From: Felis catus
Lineage: Eukaryota
Reading direction: 5' to 3'
Assembly: GCF_018350175.1 (NCBI RefSeq)
Contig: NC_058383.1
Location: 3,596,001-3,660,000, forward strand
DNA length: 64,000 nt
A program made the position numbers and the translations under genes. Below, in pieces: positions 1 to 11,952 of the stretch. The notes under the pieces were generated by a model. The model was not told where the DNA came from and ran no database searches. It was given only the letters and a program-made list of their open reading frames with translations. The first letter of the stretch is position 1. Every line of letters begins with the position of its first letter.

Positions 1-949
1 TCCTATGGGATTTACTATGTATGAATGGCATGTCATTTTATTGAGTTAATGCTATTCCAGAATCCTGTGTCTGACACACAGAAAATCTCCCCGCTTTTCA
101 CTCTCCTTCTGCATCTGGAAAACAGCCCCGAAAAGCCAGACCTGACCCCAGCTTCTGATACTCAGCCTCACTCTGGAGTATTAATTTAACATCATAATTG
201 AAGCCTAGAAAAAAAAAAAAATACGTGTCTACTCGAATGTCTACCTTCCTGCCGGGAGACACGCAGACCCTAAACCTTCACCGTTCCGGCCCGACAGCCT
301 CCCTCACACACCACCCTCGTTGGATTTCCTTTCCGATACTGCTTTTTACCTGCCCACCCGCTCATCCGTCAGCCCCAGACCCCTACTGGCCGGCGAATGA
401 CCCACGATCTGCAGGTCTCTGTCCTGCCGGCTTTTCCTGTTGCGTGCACCTAGAGCATTCCGGCCCCTCGCGAAGGGGGGGGCGGGCGCTGGTTCAAAGC
501 GGAGAGGGTGCCGTGGGGTTTTAACAAAGCTGGAAGCGGCCCCTGTCCTGGAGGCGAGGACAGCGGGAGAAAAACAGGTGGGGTCCCTGCCTCCAAGGGC
601 TGTGGTCTGGCCAGGAGAGATGGGAGGTGGACGGTAAGGAACACACAAGCAGGTGAAAAATAGTGCTGCGGGGATGAGCACCACGGGGGGAGCTCTACGC
701 ATCTCTGGGAGAGGAGCAGGAGAAGGAGGAGGAGGAAGAGGGGGAGGGGGAAGGAGGGTCGCTGTCTCGGGTGGTCTGGAAGATGCTCTCTGGTCCTGTG
801 ACGCTTGGGCTGTGAGCTGAAAGAAGGGGACGGTGGGCCAGGAGGACTCTGGGGGAAGGGGACAGACAGCCTTGAGGACAGGAAGACACGGGACTCTCGG
901 CATCTCCCGTGGTTTCTCCCAAGCTCACGGTTATTCGTTTGATCTGCCG

Positions 950-1130
950 ACATAGTTTAGAACACATTTTCACGTGTATTTGTAAACCTGTTTTTTTGAG
1001 TGGCTTCTCGCGTGTTGACAGGTACGTGCGGACATTAGCACAGCCGGTTCTAGAACATCTTCACCACCCCAGAAAGACCCCATGTCCCCTGGACTGTCAC
1101 CCCCTGCAAATCTACTTTCCACTTACTGTT
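950..1130 (-). mobile_element. Old L1 (L1M-type) 3' end fragment
   Basis: ...ttctagaacatcttcaccaccccagaaagacccc... resembles antisense L1M 3' UTR (from memory). Confidence 0.55.
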
Positions 1131-1494
1131 TTATTAAGGTGGTCGTGAGGTCGTCATTTTGAAATGTATAAAATACTTAATTCTCAACTTAAAAAAAAAA
1201 AAAAAAAACGCCGATGCATCCTGAGGGCTCCTCCGTCAATTCTGATAGGAAGGCTGGTGTTTTGGTGTCAGACAAAGCAAACACCACAGTGCTCCGAGCG
1301 CTGCGATTAATACGCTGCCGGCTCCCCGGCGAGCCTCCGCCCACCCCGCGCGCCCAGGCGGGTCTGGCCGGGCTCTGGGCCCTGCTTCCAGCGGGAACTC
1401 CGCACACCTGTAGGCCGAGCGCCTGTGCGGCCCGCAGACCCGCAGCGAGCCCTTGACTGCAGCACATGAACCCGTTCTCCCGTCCCGGCTCTAG

Positions 1495-1615
1495 GGAAGA
1501 ACATCTCCAACGTGGAGGAGACCGTGACCCTGGACAACGGAGGGTTTGCCGCCTTGGAGCTCAACAGCCGCCACCTCAATGTCAAGAACACCTTCTCAAA
1601 GAAGAACGGGACCAG
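1495..1615 (+). CDS. SDK1: Sidekick-1 internal coding exon (start of cytoplasmic tail); gene begins upstream of the window
   Basis: Acceptor ...cggctctag|GG and donor ACCAG|gtagg. 121 nt translating (G)KNISNVEETVTLDNGGFAALELNSRHLNVKNTFSKKNGT(R), which I recognise as mammalian SDK1. Phase joins the next exon in frame. Confidence 0.96.
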
Positions 1616-2021
1616 GTAGGGACGCAGCACCCGTAACCTACCTGGGCCACGTCTGCCCAACGGTCTGGCCGCGGGCATGTCGCTGTGCCCACGGGCACCC
1701 GCCACAACCCAACAGGGCCGTGTTGAGTCTCAGGGGGGCGCACATGGCAGGGGGCCCGGAGCATCCTTCCTCCCGTTCCAGAGATGCAAAAAGAAGGCCC
1801 GTCTCGGGCGCGGAGGGGCGTGGTCTCGGGAGGCCGAGCGCCCGCAGGCTGGCTGAGCGTTAGGGAGTCCCTGCTTCTCGGGCAGACGGTGCCACCAGAA
1901 TGGACGTCCACCCATCCCAACAGGGCAGCGGCCAGAGGGCGGGTCAGGAGGGCCCCGGGGAGGTAGCTGCGGCCCGGATATCTGAGCCCGTGTCCGTCCC
2001 GTGGGCGGCGTCCTGTCCTAG

Positions 2022-2151
2022 GTCCCCACCCCGGCCCAGCCCCGGCGGGCTGCACTACTCAGACGAGGACATCTGCAACAAATACAACAGCGCCGTGCTG
2101 ACGGAGAGCACAAACCTCAAGGAGAAGTCTGTGGACGCTTCAGAATCTGAG
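2022..2151 (+). CDS. SDK1: Sidekick-1 penultimate coding exon
   Basis: Acceptor tcctgtcctag|G and donor TCTGAG|gtcagt. 130 nt encoding (R)[43 protein letters not shown], in frame with both neighbouring exons. Confidence 0.96.
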
Positions 2152-2406
2152 GTCAGTGCCCATGGCCTCTGTCCCCGCTTCTGTGCCAAGCCCTCTGCCT
2201 TCCCGAGGTGCTGCGCCCATGGTCCCTGCGGAGTTGAGGGGCAGCAGGGCCAGGGGCAAATGAGTCCCTTTGACCGATGAGGAAAGTACATGCTGGGACT
2301 CCTTCAGACCCAGAGGTCACTGCCCCCGGGCCAGCTCTCACATCAGCACCTCGCCCAAAGTGGCTTCCGGTACCGAAGCCACTTGACTTTCCGTTTGGCT
2401 TTTGTA

Positions 2407-2412
2407 AATAAA
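2407..2412 (+). terminator. Candidate intronic polyadenylation signal
   Basis: TGTA (2403-2406) abuts AATAAA, followed by ctgtgttttctggtggtg. About 255 nt past the exon donor and about 125 nt past the read-through stop at 2278-2280. Confidence 0.5.
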
Positions 2413-3629
2413 CTGTGTTTTCTGGTGGTGACCGTAGAACCTGCCCTCTAGACCCCGGCTGGAGTGGCAGACGGCCTGAGCCCCCAAAACCCACAGAACC
2501 TGGGACCCCGTGCCCGGCAGCCCCTTCCCCTCCCACCCGCCCCGCTTTGTGCGGAAGCGGGATTGAGCCACCGCCGTTCAGGGACAGTTACAGGGTCTGG
2601 TGAGCCCTGACCTGAGGCTTGTCTCTGTCCTCACTGAGCAGATGGACCAGGGGGGTCTTGCCCTCGCGGATGTGACCCCCACCCGGGACCCGTGGGCCTG
2701 CATCTGCGAGGCGTCCTGTGTGTCTGAGTGCTCACTCGTGCAGCTGAGCACACAGTGCGAGGCCTCCGTCGGGGAGCAGGCCGGGGAGGGCGTCATCCGG
2801 AGAGGAGGCAGCCGTGGGAGACTCCAGGAGGGGTCAGCCTTCCCTGCCCCCCGGGAAGTGCCTTTCCCCACAAGCGTGCCGCCTCAGGGTCTGACAGCGT
2901 CTGACCCTAAGGAGCAAAGCCAGCTGAAGTGACAGTTTGAGGGGTGGGTCCCTATCAGTCCTAAACGTCTTTATTTCAGACGTGCCCGGTGTTGAGAGGG
3001 AGGAAAATCACCAAGCTGTTTGCTAGACACGTACGCCTGCCCCACCTCTTGACATCCATACTCTAAATCAATATTTAATCTAAAATAAGTCCCACCTTCA
3101 TTTGGACCCGAATTCAGGCCTTATCAAGCCCCGGGGCTCAATAAAATGGCTTCTTTGAAGTTGTGGTTAGTATGTGAACTCCAAGTGAGACGGACGGCAG
3201 GTGGCTGTCGAGGTGACACCGGGTCCGCTCTGCTTCAAGTTTCCTGTTTACAGAGGACGCCGGGTGCCCCGTCTGTGCCGTTGCCTTGGGCACGGTGCAA
3301 ACAGCAAGCAGCCGCCGATGTTGCATTGGTCTGAAGTCAAGGGCTCTCAAGTGAAATGCTGCAGAAGTGACCTGGCTCTTTGTGAGGAGGAAACAGCAGC
3401 TTTTGTCTAGCTTCCTCTAGCTGCTTGCGCCAAAAGCAGCACGTTGGAAGGGGGTACGACGGCCTTGCGGCAGGCACTGCGTGTGCCAGCAACTTCGAGA
3501 TGCGTTCGCGGGGCCTGTGCTGGGCGTCTGTCCTCAGTTCTCGCCAGCACACCCTGCGGGTGGAGTGAACAACGGTCCAACGGGGCTTAGGCACTACTTG
3601 CATCACTACGGTCCAGGCACGCTCTTCCA

Positions 3630-3857
3630 TTTTTATTTGTTTTTTTTTTTAATGTTTTATTTATATTTGAGAGAGAGAGAGAGAGAGAGGCAGAGTGCGA
3701 GCAGGGGAGGGGCAGAGAGACAGACACAGAATCCGAAGCAGGCTCCGGGCTCCGAGCTGTCAGCACAGAGCCCGACGTGGGGCTCGAACCCACGAGCAGT
3801 GAGATCGTGACCTGAGCCGACGTCGGACGCTTAACCAACTGAGCCACCAGGCGCCCC
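3630..3857 (-). mobile_element. Can-SINE (SINEC_Fc-like), probably inserted in a MIR remnant
   Basis: T-tail, (GA)n, tRNA-derived head ending ...gccaccaggcgcccc. TSD-like aggcacgctct/aggcgtgctct. Confidence 0.93.
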
Positions 3858-4994
3858 AGGCGTGCTCTGTCAATGCTCACACCAGTCCCATGAGGTAGGG
3901 CGATTCTCCTCGCTGGCCAGCCAGCAAGACTAAGTCTGAGGTCATCCAGAGCTCAGCCAGGCCCTGGCCTCCACCGGCTCCTCTTGACCCCTGGGGGCAG
4001 CGGCCGTGTCGAGAGCGGCCAGAGTTGGAGGCACAAATTCTGAACTCTGTGTTCATGGGAGCGTTCTCAAAACGGGTAGACGGGCAGCAGTCTGTTTGTC
4101 CTCTCGTGCCTGTGGGATGTTTGGAGATGCCAATTCAGCTGGTTTCTACAGACAGTTAGTAAACGTTTACAGGCACCGAGCTAGTCGTATGCACACGTGC
4201 ACACGCCCGTATACCTACATACAAACACGCACGTCCAGAGGTGGAGGAAGGAGGGAGGGAAGGAGCTGATGGGGGGAGTGGGGGAGGAGGGCAGGCGTAG
4301 GAGAGAGGGACGTAGATTTCACACTAAGCCCTGCGGGGAGGTAGCCGTGATCCTCATATAATAGAGGACAAAGCTGAAGCTTACAGAAGTTTTTACGTCT
4401 TCCCTGCATACATGCTGGTGGGGTGAGCTGGAGCGGCCGGCCTGAGCCAGACTCCCAGTGCTGTCCCTCCCAGCAGACCCGACACCCAGAACTGAGCCGT
4501 CCCAGCTCCACGGCTGTGGCTGAGTGCGCGAGGGGCCTGCCTTCCTCTTGGCGAGCCCTGTGTCAGGAGGAAGGGGTTCCTTTTATAATTCCCACAGATG
4601 CCTCTCATGGTTCCTAGTGCTTTTGGGGTCAAGGGCTCTATCAGGAAGCTGACGAGAGGTGTGGACGCTCGATGTACATGCAGAATTTCTCCTATGATCT
4701 GGGGGCCAGGCCCCCAGGAAGCTCTGCGGTCATTTCTAGCTGAGGTCCCATGGAGTCCACCGAGAACTCCCGTGCCTGTGTCCTGTCTGCTCCTGGGTCC
4801 TCGGGTAGACACAGTGAGGCCCATCTTTTTTCCAGAGTTCTTAGCTTTCTAATCTTGCTGGGTCCTATCTGTGAACCTTATGGATTTGGGAGATGTGTAA
4901 GCAACCAGATATTCACAGGGTCCCAACAGAGGGACCTGGGGACTTCCGTCATCTTGGAAGCACCAGCTCAGATGGAAGAGTTTGCTGTGAACCG

Positions 4995-7900
4995 CATTTA
5001 TTAAACAGCCTGATTGAGATATAATTCACATACCACACAGTTCACTCAATTGGAACGTTGGTTATTTAGGAGTGTTTTTTTAATTTTCTCATATTTGTGA
5101 CTTTCCCAAATGACCTTCTGTTATTGATTTTTTTTTTTAATTTTATTCCATTGGGGTCTGGGAACATGCTTTGTATATTTTCACTCCTTTTAAATGTATT
5201 GAGTCTTGTTTCATGGTCTGTGCCAGAACAATGTTCCATATCCACTTGAAAAAACAAAGTGTTATTCTGCAGTTGTGTGGAATGGTCTGGATGTGTCTGT
5301 TAGGGCTGGCTGATTTACAGTGTTGTGGCAGTCACCTGGATTCCTGATCTTCTGCCGTCCATTCATGTACTCAAGTCTCCAACTACTATTGTTGAACTCT
5401 CGATTTCTCGCTCCAATTCAGCCACTTTAATTTCGTGTGTTTCAGGGGCTCTGTTTTAGATGTATGTTTATAATAGTTCTGTCTTGTAGATGGATTGGCC
5501 CCTTCATCAGAATAGCATGGCCCTTTTTGGCCCTAGTAACAATTTTGCCTTCACGATTATTTTGTCTGATACCAGTCAGCCATCCCAGGTCTCTTTTGGT
5601 CATTGTATGTTATTTCCATAGTATGTTATTTCCACTCTTGTATTTTCCACCTATTTGTGTCTTTGAATCTAGAATGTATCTCTTACAGGTAGCATAGAGC
5701 TGGAGTGGTTTTTCTTTCGGCCAATCTCTGCCTTTTGAATAGATTGTTTAATCCATTCACATTTAATATAATGACCGCTAAGGTAGAGTTTACATCTGCT
5801 GTTTTGATATTTGTCTTTTGTATGTCTCATGTCTTTATTCCTCTTTCTTTCCTGCTTACTTTCTTCTTTTTTAAGTGAAAGTTTTCCAGCGTACCACTTT
5901 AATTCTCTTCTTTTTGCTTTTACTCTATTTTTTCAGTTATTTTTGTTAGTGATTGCTCTAGTATCAACATTTACTTAAGATTTATGCTAAATCTCAGTGA
6001 TGTATAAAAACTTTATTCCTATATAGCTCTCTGGCCTCCTCCCCTTTCTGTGCTGTCATTTATTATTATACATGATGTCTGTAAATCCATAATGTTACAA
6101 ACTCAAGGATGCATTTTTATAGTTACTACTTTACAGAACTCTACATCTTTTAAGGAAGTCGAGATGAGAAAGGAGAGCAAATATATATCTGGAGTTTACC
6201 ATTTACCCTTCTTGTATACTATTCATTTCTTCCAGCAGATTCAAGTTACCATTGGGCGTCATTTCTTCACTCAGCTGCTTCCTTTGTTCTGTTTGTTAAA
6301 TATGTCACATTTCTGAGGCATCTGTGTGGCTCAGTCAGTTAAGCGTCTGACTTCGGTTCAGGTCATGATCTCACCGTTCATGAGTTCAAGTCCCAGGTCG
6401 GGCTCTGTCCTGACAACTCAGAGCCTGGAGCCTGTGTAAGATTCCATATCTTCCTCTCTCTCTCTGCCCGTCCCCCACTCACACTCTGTCTCAAAAATAA
6501 ATTAACGTTAAAAAAAATTGAATAAAAAGATGTCACATTTCTGTACATCACAGGCCCAACAGTACAATTATATACATATCATTTTATGCAATTGCTTTTT
6601 AATTTAGGTAAGAGAAGAAAGATGCTGTCTTTCGTAATTACCCATGTGTGATCATCTTGGTCATCGCCTTTTCTTTTACACTTCTGCTTATGTCGCCTGC
6701 ATTCAACCTGACAGGCTTCCTGTAGTATCTCTTGTAAGGCAGGTTGGATAGTGATGAGTTTTCCTGCCTCTGCTTACCTAGGGATGCCCTTATTTCACCT
6801 TCATTTTTGAAAGCAGTTCTGCTGAACACAAGATCCTTGGTTAGCAGTTTTCAACACTTTGAATACACGTCCCCATTGCCTTCTGTCCCCCATCTTTTTT
6901 TTTCCGATCAGAAGCCAACTCTTACCATCATTTGAGTTCCCTTCTCCACGATTTGAAGAATTTCTTTGTCTTTTTGACTGTGAGGTGTCTGGGTGTGGAC
7001 TTACTTGGTGTTTATGGAGATTTTCTGCATGTAGATGAATGCTTCTGAGGAAATCTGGGAAGTCGTAAGCCATTTCTTCCCCTGTGTTCTCTTCTTCTGT
7101 CTTTCTGCTCTCGTCCTGGTGCTCTCATGACCATCTCGTGTGTGGGTGTGCTCAGCGTTGTCCTGCATATGTCAGGTGCTCTTTTCTTTCATTATTGTTC
7201 TTCTCCTTTGTGTGTGTTCACGCTTTTTCTTCTCTTTTCCAGAGTGCATAATCTCTGTTGATACGTCCCCGTGCCCTGACTCTGTTCTGCCAGACCCAGC
7301 GTACCGTCGGGCACCTCCAATGAATTGTTTATTTTGGCCATTGTATTTTTCAATGCCAAAACTTCTTATTTGGTTCTTTTAAAATCATTTCTCTATTGAT
7401 ATGTTCTACTTGGCACAGTATTATCATCTTCCATTCTTTAAACTTAGCTTCCTTTAGTTCTAGGACTAGATTGTAATAGCTGCTTTCAAAATCTTTGTTT
7501 GCCAACACTCGAGTCTCCTCAGACGCGGCCTGCTTTTTGCTGCAGGTGTGAAACACACTGTCCTGTTTTGCTGAAAACAGTTCATTTTTGTTAATGTATT
7601 GTGCCAACTGTGAATACTGATATCCTCTACCCCGAGGATCATTCTCGTTGTTTGCGTGTTTAGTGGGCTGGCTGGACTAGTTCAGTGGAAGACTGTCTCC
7701 CCCAGGGGTGGATTCTCTTATGCCACACTCCTGAGAAGTGCAGTCTTAGGGACACATTCAGGACCCCTGAATACCCGGGATGACGATGGTCCCAGCCAGG
7801 CTTTCTTTGTCTCTTGTTCTCACCCCCTATTAAGATTCTGGATGGTCTGTTGGTATTGGTATCACACCCAGCTCTTAACCTTTACCACTTGCTAGCTCGA

Positions 7901-8760
7901 TTATTTTTCACGATGCCCTGGGCTATATATTACGCTATAGCTTGCTCCAGTTAAGGGGCAGCCCTCTTGCAGTAGCAGGATGTTATCAATCTGAATTTTG
8001 CTCTGACCCCAAGGAGGCTCTCCTTAGCTGTCTATTTCCGTGGTTCTCTCTGTTAAACTTCTGGCTGGTTTATTGCTTCGCTTGTTACAATCACAGAACT
8101 ACCAGCTTCCTCTTAATGTCTTATGCGGAAGGATTCCACTGTTTTCGGCAGTGCCCTTAGGCATGCTTTGTTCCAAACAAAGCCATTCCCTTTAGGAGAG
8201 TTGGGATCTCTCTGTTCTAATGGACTGTCTCTCCCCACCGTGCAGGACTTCTGTGTCATAGCACCAAAGCTGGGGGTGGGGACAGTGGCCCTCTTCGCCC
8301 ATAGGGACACACCTGCCGTGCAGGTAGGGCACTGGGTGGAGACGACAGTCCCCGATCTTCTGGGCTTGCCCCTCTGGTATAAAACTTCTTCCCTACAAGC
8401 TAGGTGAGGCAGGGGCCGTTGGGGCTCAGTATTCTCAACCTGCCACAAGTGGTGTAGACCGTCCGGCCCAGGGGTAAAGACAGGGTGAGGGAAGGGAACC
8501 CGGTTCTCTCGACCACACCTGCCGAGCTGCTGTCACACGGAGCTGGGGGTCAGAGGGGGGGGGGTGATGCAGGTCACGGCTCGAGTGCCTCAGACTCTTG
8601 CTGTTCTTGGTGGAGTAAAACTTCCTCCATTTGTTCTCTGTCCCGGCCACGATTCCCAGCGACTTTAGAGGCCTGTTTATAAAATAACTTTCTCCAGTTA
8701 AATCATTGTCTCTCTTGGAAGGCAATCTGCTGGCTCCTCACCGGCCATTCTGGAAGCACC
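4995..8760 (-). mobile_element. Decayed L1M element (5' region, ORF1, ORF2 endonuclease part) in the last SDK1 intron
   Basis: Minus-strand peptides DHETRLNTFKRSENIQSMFPDPNGIKLKKKINNRR (ORF2 EN end, 5066-5257) and FKNEGEIRASLGKQ (ORF1 C-terminus, 6638-6829). Many stops and frameshifts. The 5' boundary is approximate. Confidence 0.8.
6315..6529 (+). mobile_element. Can-SINE inserted in the L1
   Basis: A/B-box head, CT tract, A tail. TSD atgtcacatttctg at 6302-6315 and 6530-6543. Confidence 0.93.
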
Positions 8761-9029
8761 TTTTGCCTTTGTAATGGATGGTTCTGATATTCAGAGGGGA
8801 GAAGCATGGGCCAAGGTTTCCTAAAGATGGTGATGATTTCTGGCCTGGCCCCTTAACCCCAAATTCACAGGAATAGAGGCAAATTGCCAAACTGCAGACA
8901 GAGCCCTCAGAGAGATGAGCAAGGGTCCCAGAGAGAAGAGACCCAGGGTGGGGCAGCAGAACATATGCTTAGCACCTGTTTCAAAGAGGACCACCTAATA
9001 AGTGACTTGAACTTGCATTTAGATTTCAG

Positions 9030-9058
9030 TTTTTGTTTTTAAGTTTATTTATTTTTGA

Positions 9059-9090
<32 letters not shown>

Positions 9091-9247
9091 GCTGGGGAGG
9101 GACAGAGAGAGGGAGACACAGAATCTGAAGCAGGTTCCGGGCTCTGAGCTGTCAGCGCGGAGCCCGATGCGGGGCTCATCATGAACCGTGAGATCTTGAC
9201 CTGAGCGGAAGTCGGATGCTTAACCGACTGAGCCCCCCAGGAGCCCC
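9030..9247 (-). mobile_element. Can-SINE
   Basis: TSD tgcatttagatttcag (9014-9029) / tgcattcagatttcag (9249-9264). Confidence 0.93.
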
Positions 9248-10329
9248 GTGCATTCAGATTTCAGATACTGATCCTCCCTACCAGAGGCAGCGTCTGGGTT
9301 TAAAACATTGTACACTGAGATGTCAGGAGTGGAAAGTAAGACACGTTCTTGGCCCTGGACTTAGTCAATGGTTTGATGCAATGTGGCTCAGGAGTGAGGA
9401 AGGTAATGCCCTTCCTCCCGGCCCCCTTCCTCTCCAGAGCCCGGGGAAGTAAGGAGACAGAAACCCTATGCAATCTTTGCTGGAAGAGGTCTTCTGCGAA
9501 GCTAATATTTCACCACGAAAACGGCGATGCCGTCCTTTTCTCCCCAGGACGTTTTTAACTATTTTCAGAAACAGTGCTTGAAGTGGAAATTCTGTGAATG
9601 GGATCATGGGAGCACAAGAACCTGACGAGAGCCACTGTGAGTTAGGCCGTCAGTGTCTCGTGGCATGAGCCGTGGCCCTTTGTCTGTCTCTGGTTAGGGA
9701 TGAGAGGCTTTGTCTTTCACACAGGACTGCTGTTCAAGTCGCATTATAAAAATCGTTTTCAAGATCCCAAGAAACAGTTCTCAAAATCTCTCCCGCTCCA
9801 ACGTAGACCAACCCCCCCCCGTACCTAATTAATTCCCTAATATTATTTGACTCTTTCATCTTGAAAATATAATACCAAGAGTGTTGAGATTATCTTTCTT
9901 AGCTTCTTGCCAGGCATCTGTGCACCTTTAGAAACTGCCACCACATCCAATCACCTGCTGTCCTTCTGTGGTTTCCGGGGAAACCAACACACATCGCTAC
10001 TTTGGATCACACAGGAAACTTAAAAAAAAAAAAAAAAATAGGACCCTGCAGCATTGCCTTTTCGTCAGTAATTCTAACTCACTAAGATACATCCCCATTA
10101 AAAAATAATAATGTCATATAAACAATAAACAGAGCAGGCAGGGGGGAGGATGGCATTTAAGTCACTGCTCTCTTGTGGAGGTAATGGGGAGGGCTGAGCA
10201 GGCTCCAAGAAGCCTGGCCTGTGTGTCATGTGACCGTCTGCTCTTGGGCTCCTGCCTTTCCTGTCTCTCTGCAGGATGGTCTTAACCTCTCCCGGGGGCT
10301 CTTGGCTGGGTCTGTGGGCCCTGCCCGCT

Positions 10330-10470
10330 CAGGGCTCATAGCCACCTCAAGGGCGGGGCTCTTCCTATGCAGCACAAAGAGTCCCAGAGAGGATTCTGAT
10401 TGGCTCAGCTTAAGTCACATGTATACCCACTAGCCAATCACTGTTTAAGGCGGGGAGGAGCCATTCAGCC
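10330..10470. mobile_element. MaLR LTR (MLT1-like) fragment
   Basis: gtcccagagaggattctgattggctcagcttaagtcacatg...agccaatcactgt resembles MLT1I/J-type LTRs (from memory). Confidence 0.55.
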
Positions 10471-11629
10471 CATGTGACAAGGAAAGGCAGAGAAGGCTCA
10501 CTTCCTGAGGTTCCTTCGGGAAGGTCCAAGCCCAGACCTGGGACATCACTGTGAGCCAGACAGCCCCCCCGGGCCTCTTCTTAGCACCCGCATGTCACCG
10601 AGCCCTCTCTCCATGCTATAGGACCTTTAGGTCCGTGGCCGGGAAAATACGGAATGATGTAACAGCTGAACACATGTCCAGTGAAACCGTGTGAGCACGC
10701 CGGGGTGGAACACGGGAGGCATTCATACCTGAGCAAGGTTGGACGTGCCCGTAGAAAGGCTGCCTCCTGCAAGAACTCTGGAGTGCCTTCTAGACCAGAC
10801 TGCCACCCCTCCCCCTCCCACCCAGTGCCACTTGGCCACTGGGAGCCCGGCTTCTCGATGGCCCAAACAGCTGCAGGAGGAGGGGCAGACAGGGGTAGCA
10901 AGAAGAGGGAGAGGTGCCCGAAGGGTCACCACCTGGGTGCCCGACAGGTCTGCCAAAGTGGAACCGCCAGCACGGGTGACTTCTGTGTGTGGTGATGTCC
11001 CCCGACGCGGAGACCTGACGGAAGACCGAGCACATAAAGTGTCCTTCTAACCTTTCATACGACTGTGCTCGAAGGTGTCCCAAAGTGTTACTAGAAAGGC
11101 TTTCTTCATTTCTGCCACCTTTGGCTGTGATACGGCGCTGGGTCTGGCCCCGCCCTGTCCCTGGCCAGTGTCAGACACAAAGCGAGGAGACTGAACCTAA
11201 GTGCCCTTGCTCACGTTTTTCCTCATGCACAACCAGGGGAGGGGGGGACGGGGCGGCCCGAGCACCACAGGGTACAGGGTGAAGAGGGAGAAAACCTTGA
11301 ATCTTACATTCACTCGTCAGATGACCATGACCTCTGACCCCGGTGCGTGAAGCCTCAATCCTGAGTGTTCTGTGACTTTGTCAAGAGGACGACACCCCCG
11401 ACATAGCTCAGCATGAGCTCTTTTCTCCTAAGTCAGGAATTTGGAACCAAGATATGGTGTCGACAGAAGGGACGGACCCAACTCAGGGACCGATAACGGA
11501 TCCCGCCAGCTTCCTTCAGGTGACCCTTGTTGTCGTTCCTGCCTGTCTCGGTTTACACAGAGCTTTGCCTCAGAAGCCCCTCGAGGCCTCTGGAAAACAG
11601 ACGAAGGATAAACCTTAGCCGCCAGAAGT

Positions 11630-11952
11630 ACACGTGCCGTATCTCTTCACCTGCAGCCCTCCAGGCCAGATATGTTTAAGAATTCGGCGTTTCTCAGGGG
11701 TGGGATATATACATCGTATGTTACGTAGCATCCCCGGCAGGGCACGTTACGTTACGAGCACGTTAGTATTTCCGCAGCAGAATCTGCAAATATCCACGCT
11801 AAATAGTTGCACGTCAGTTCAGCTCAGGGTCATAGCTGCCAAAGTAGCTCCACGTAGGTCAGACTTTGCCACCAGGCGAGCTACAAAAACCGCTTTTGAT
11901 TTTCAGAGCACGGAGGGTTTTGGAATCACGAGCGGGGGTTTGTGAGTCGGGT
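11630..11952. mobile_element. TcMar-Tigger-type DNA transposon relic (Tigger12-like)
   Basis: ggccagatatgtttaagaattc... and ...cttttgattttcagagc...ttttggaatc resemble a short Tigger consensus as I remember it. Confidence 0.5.
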
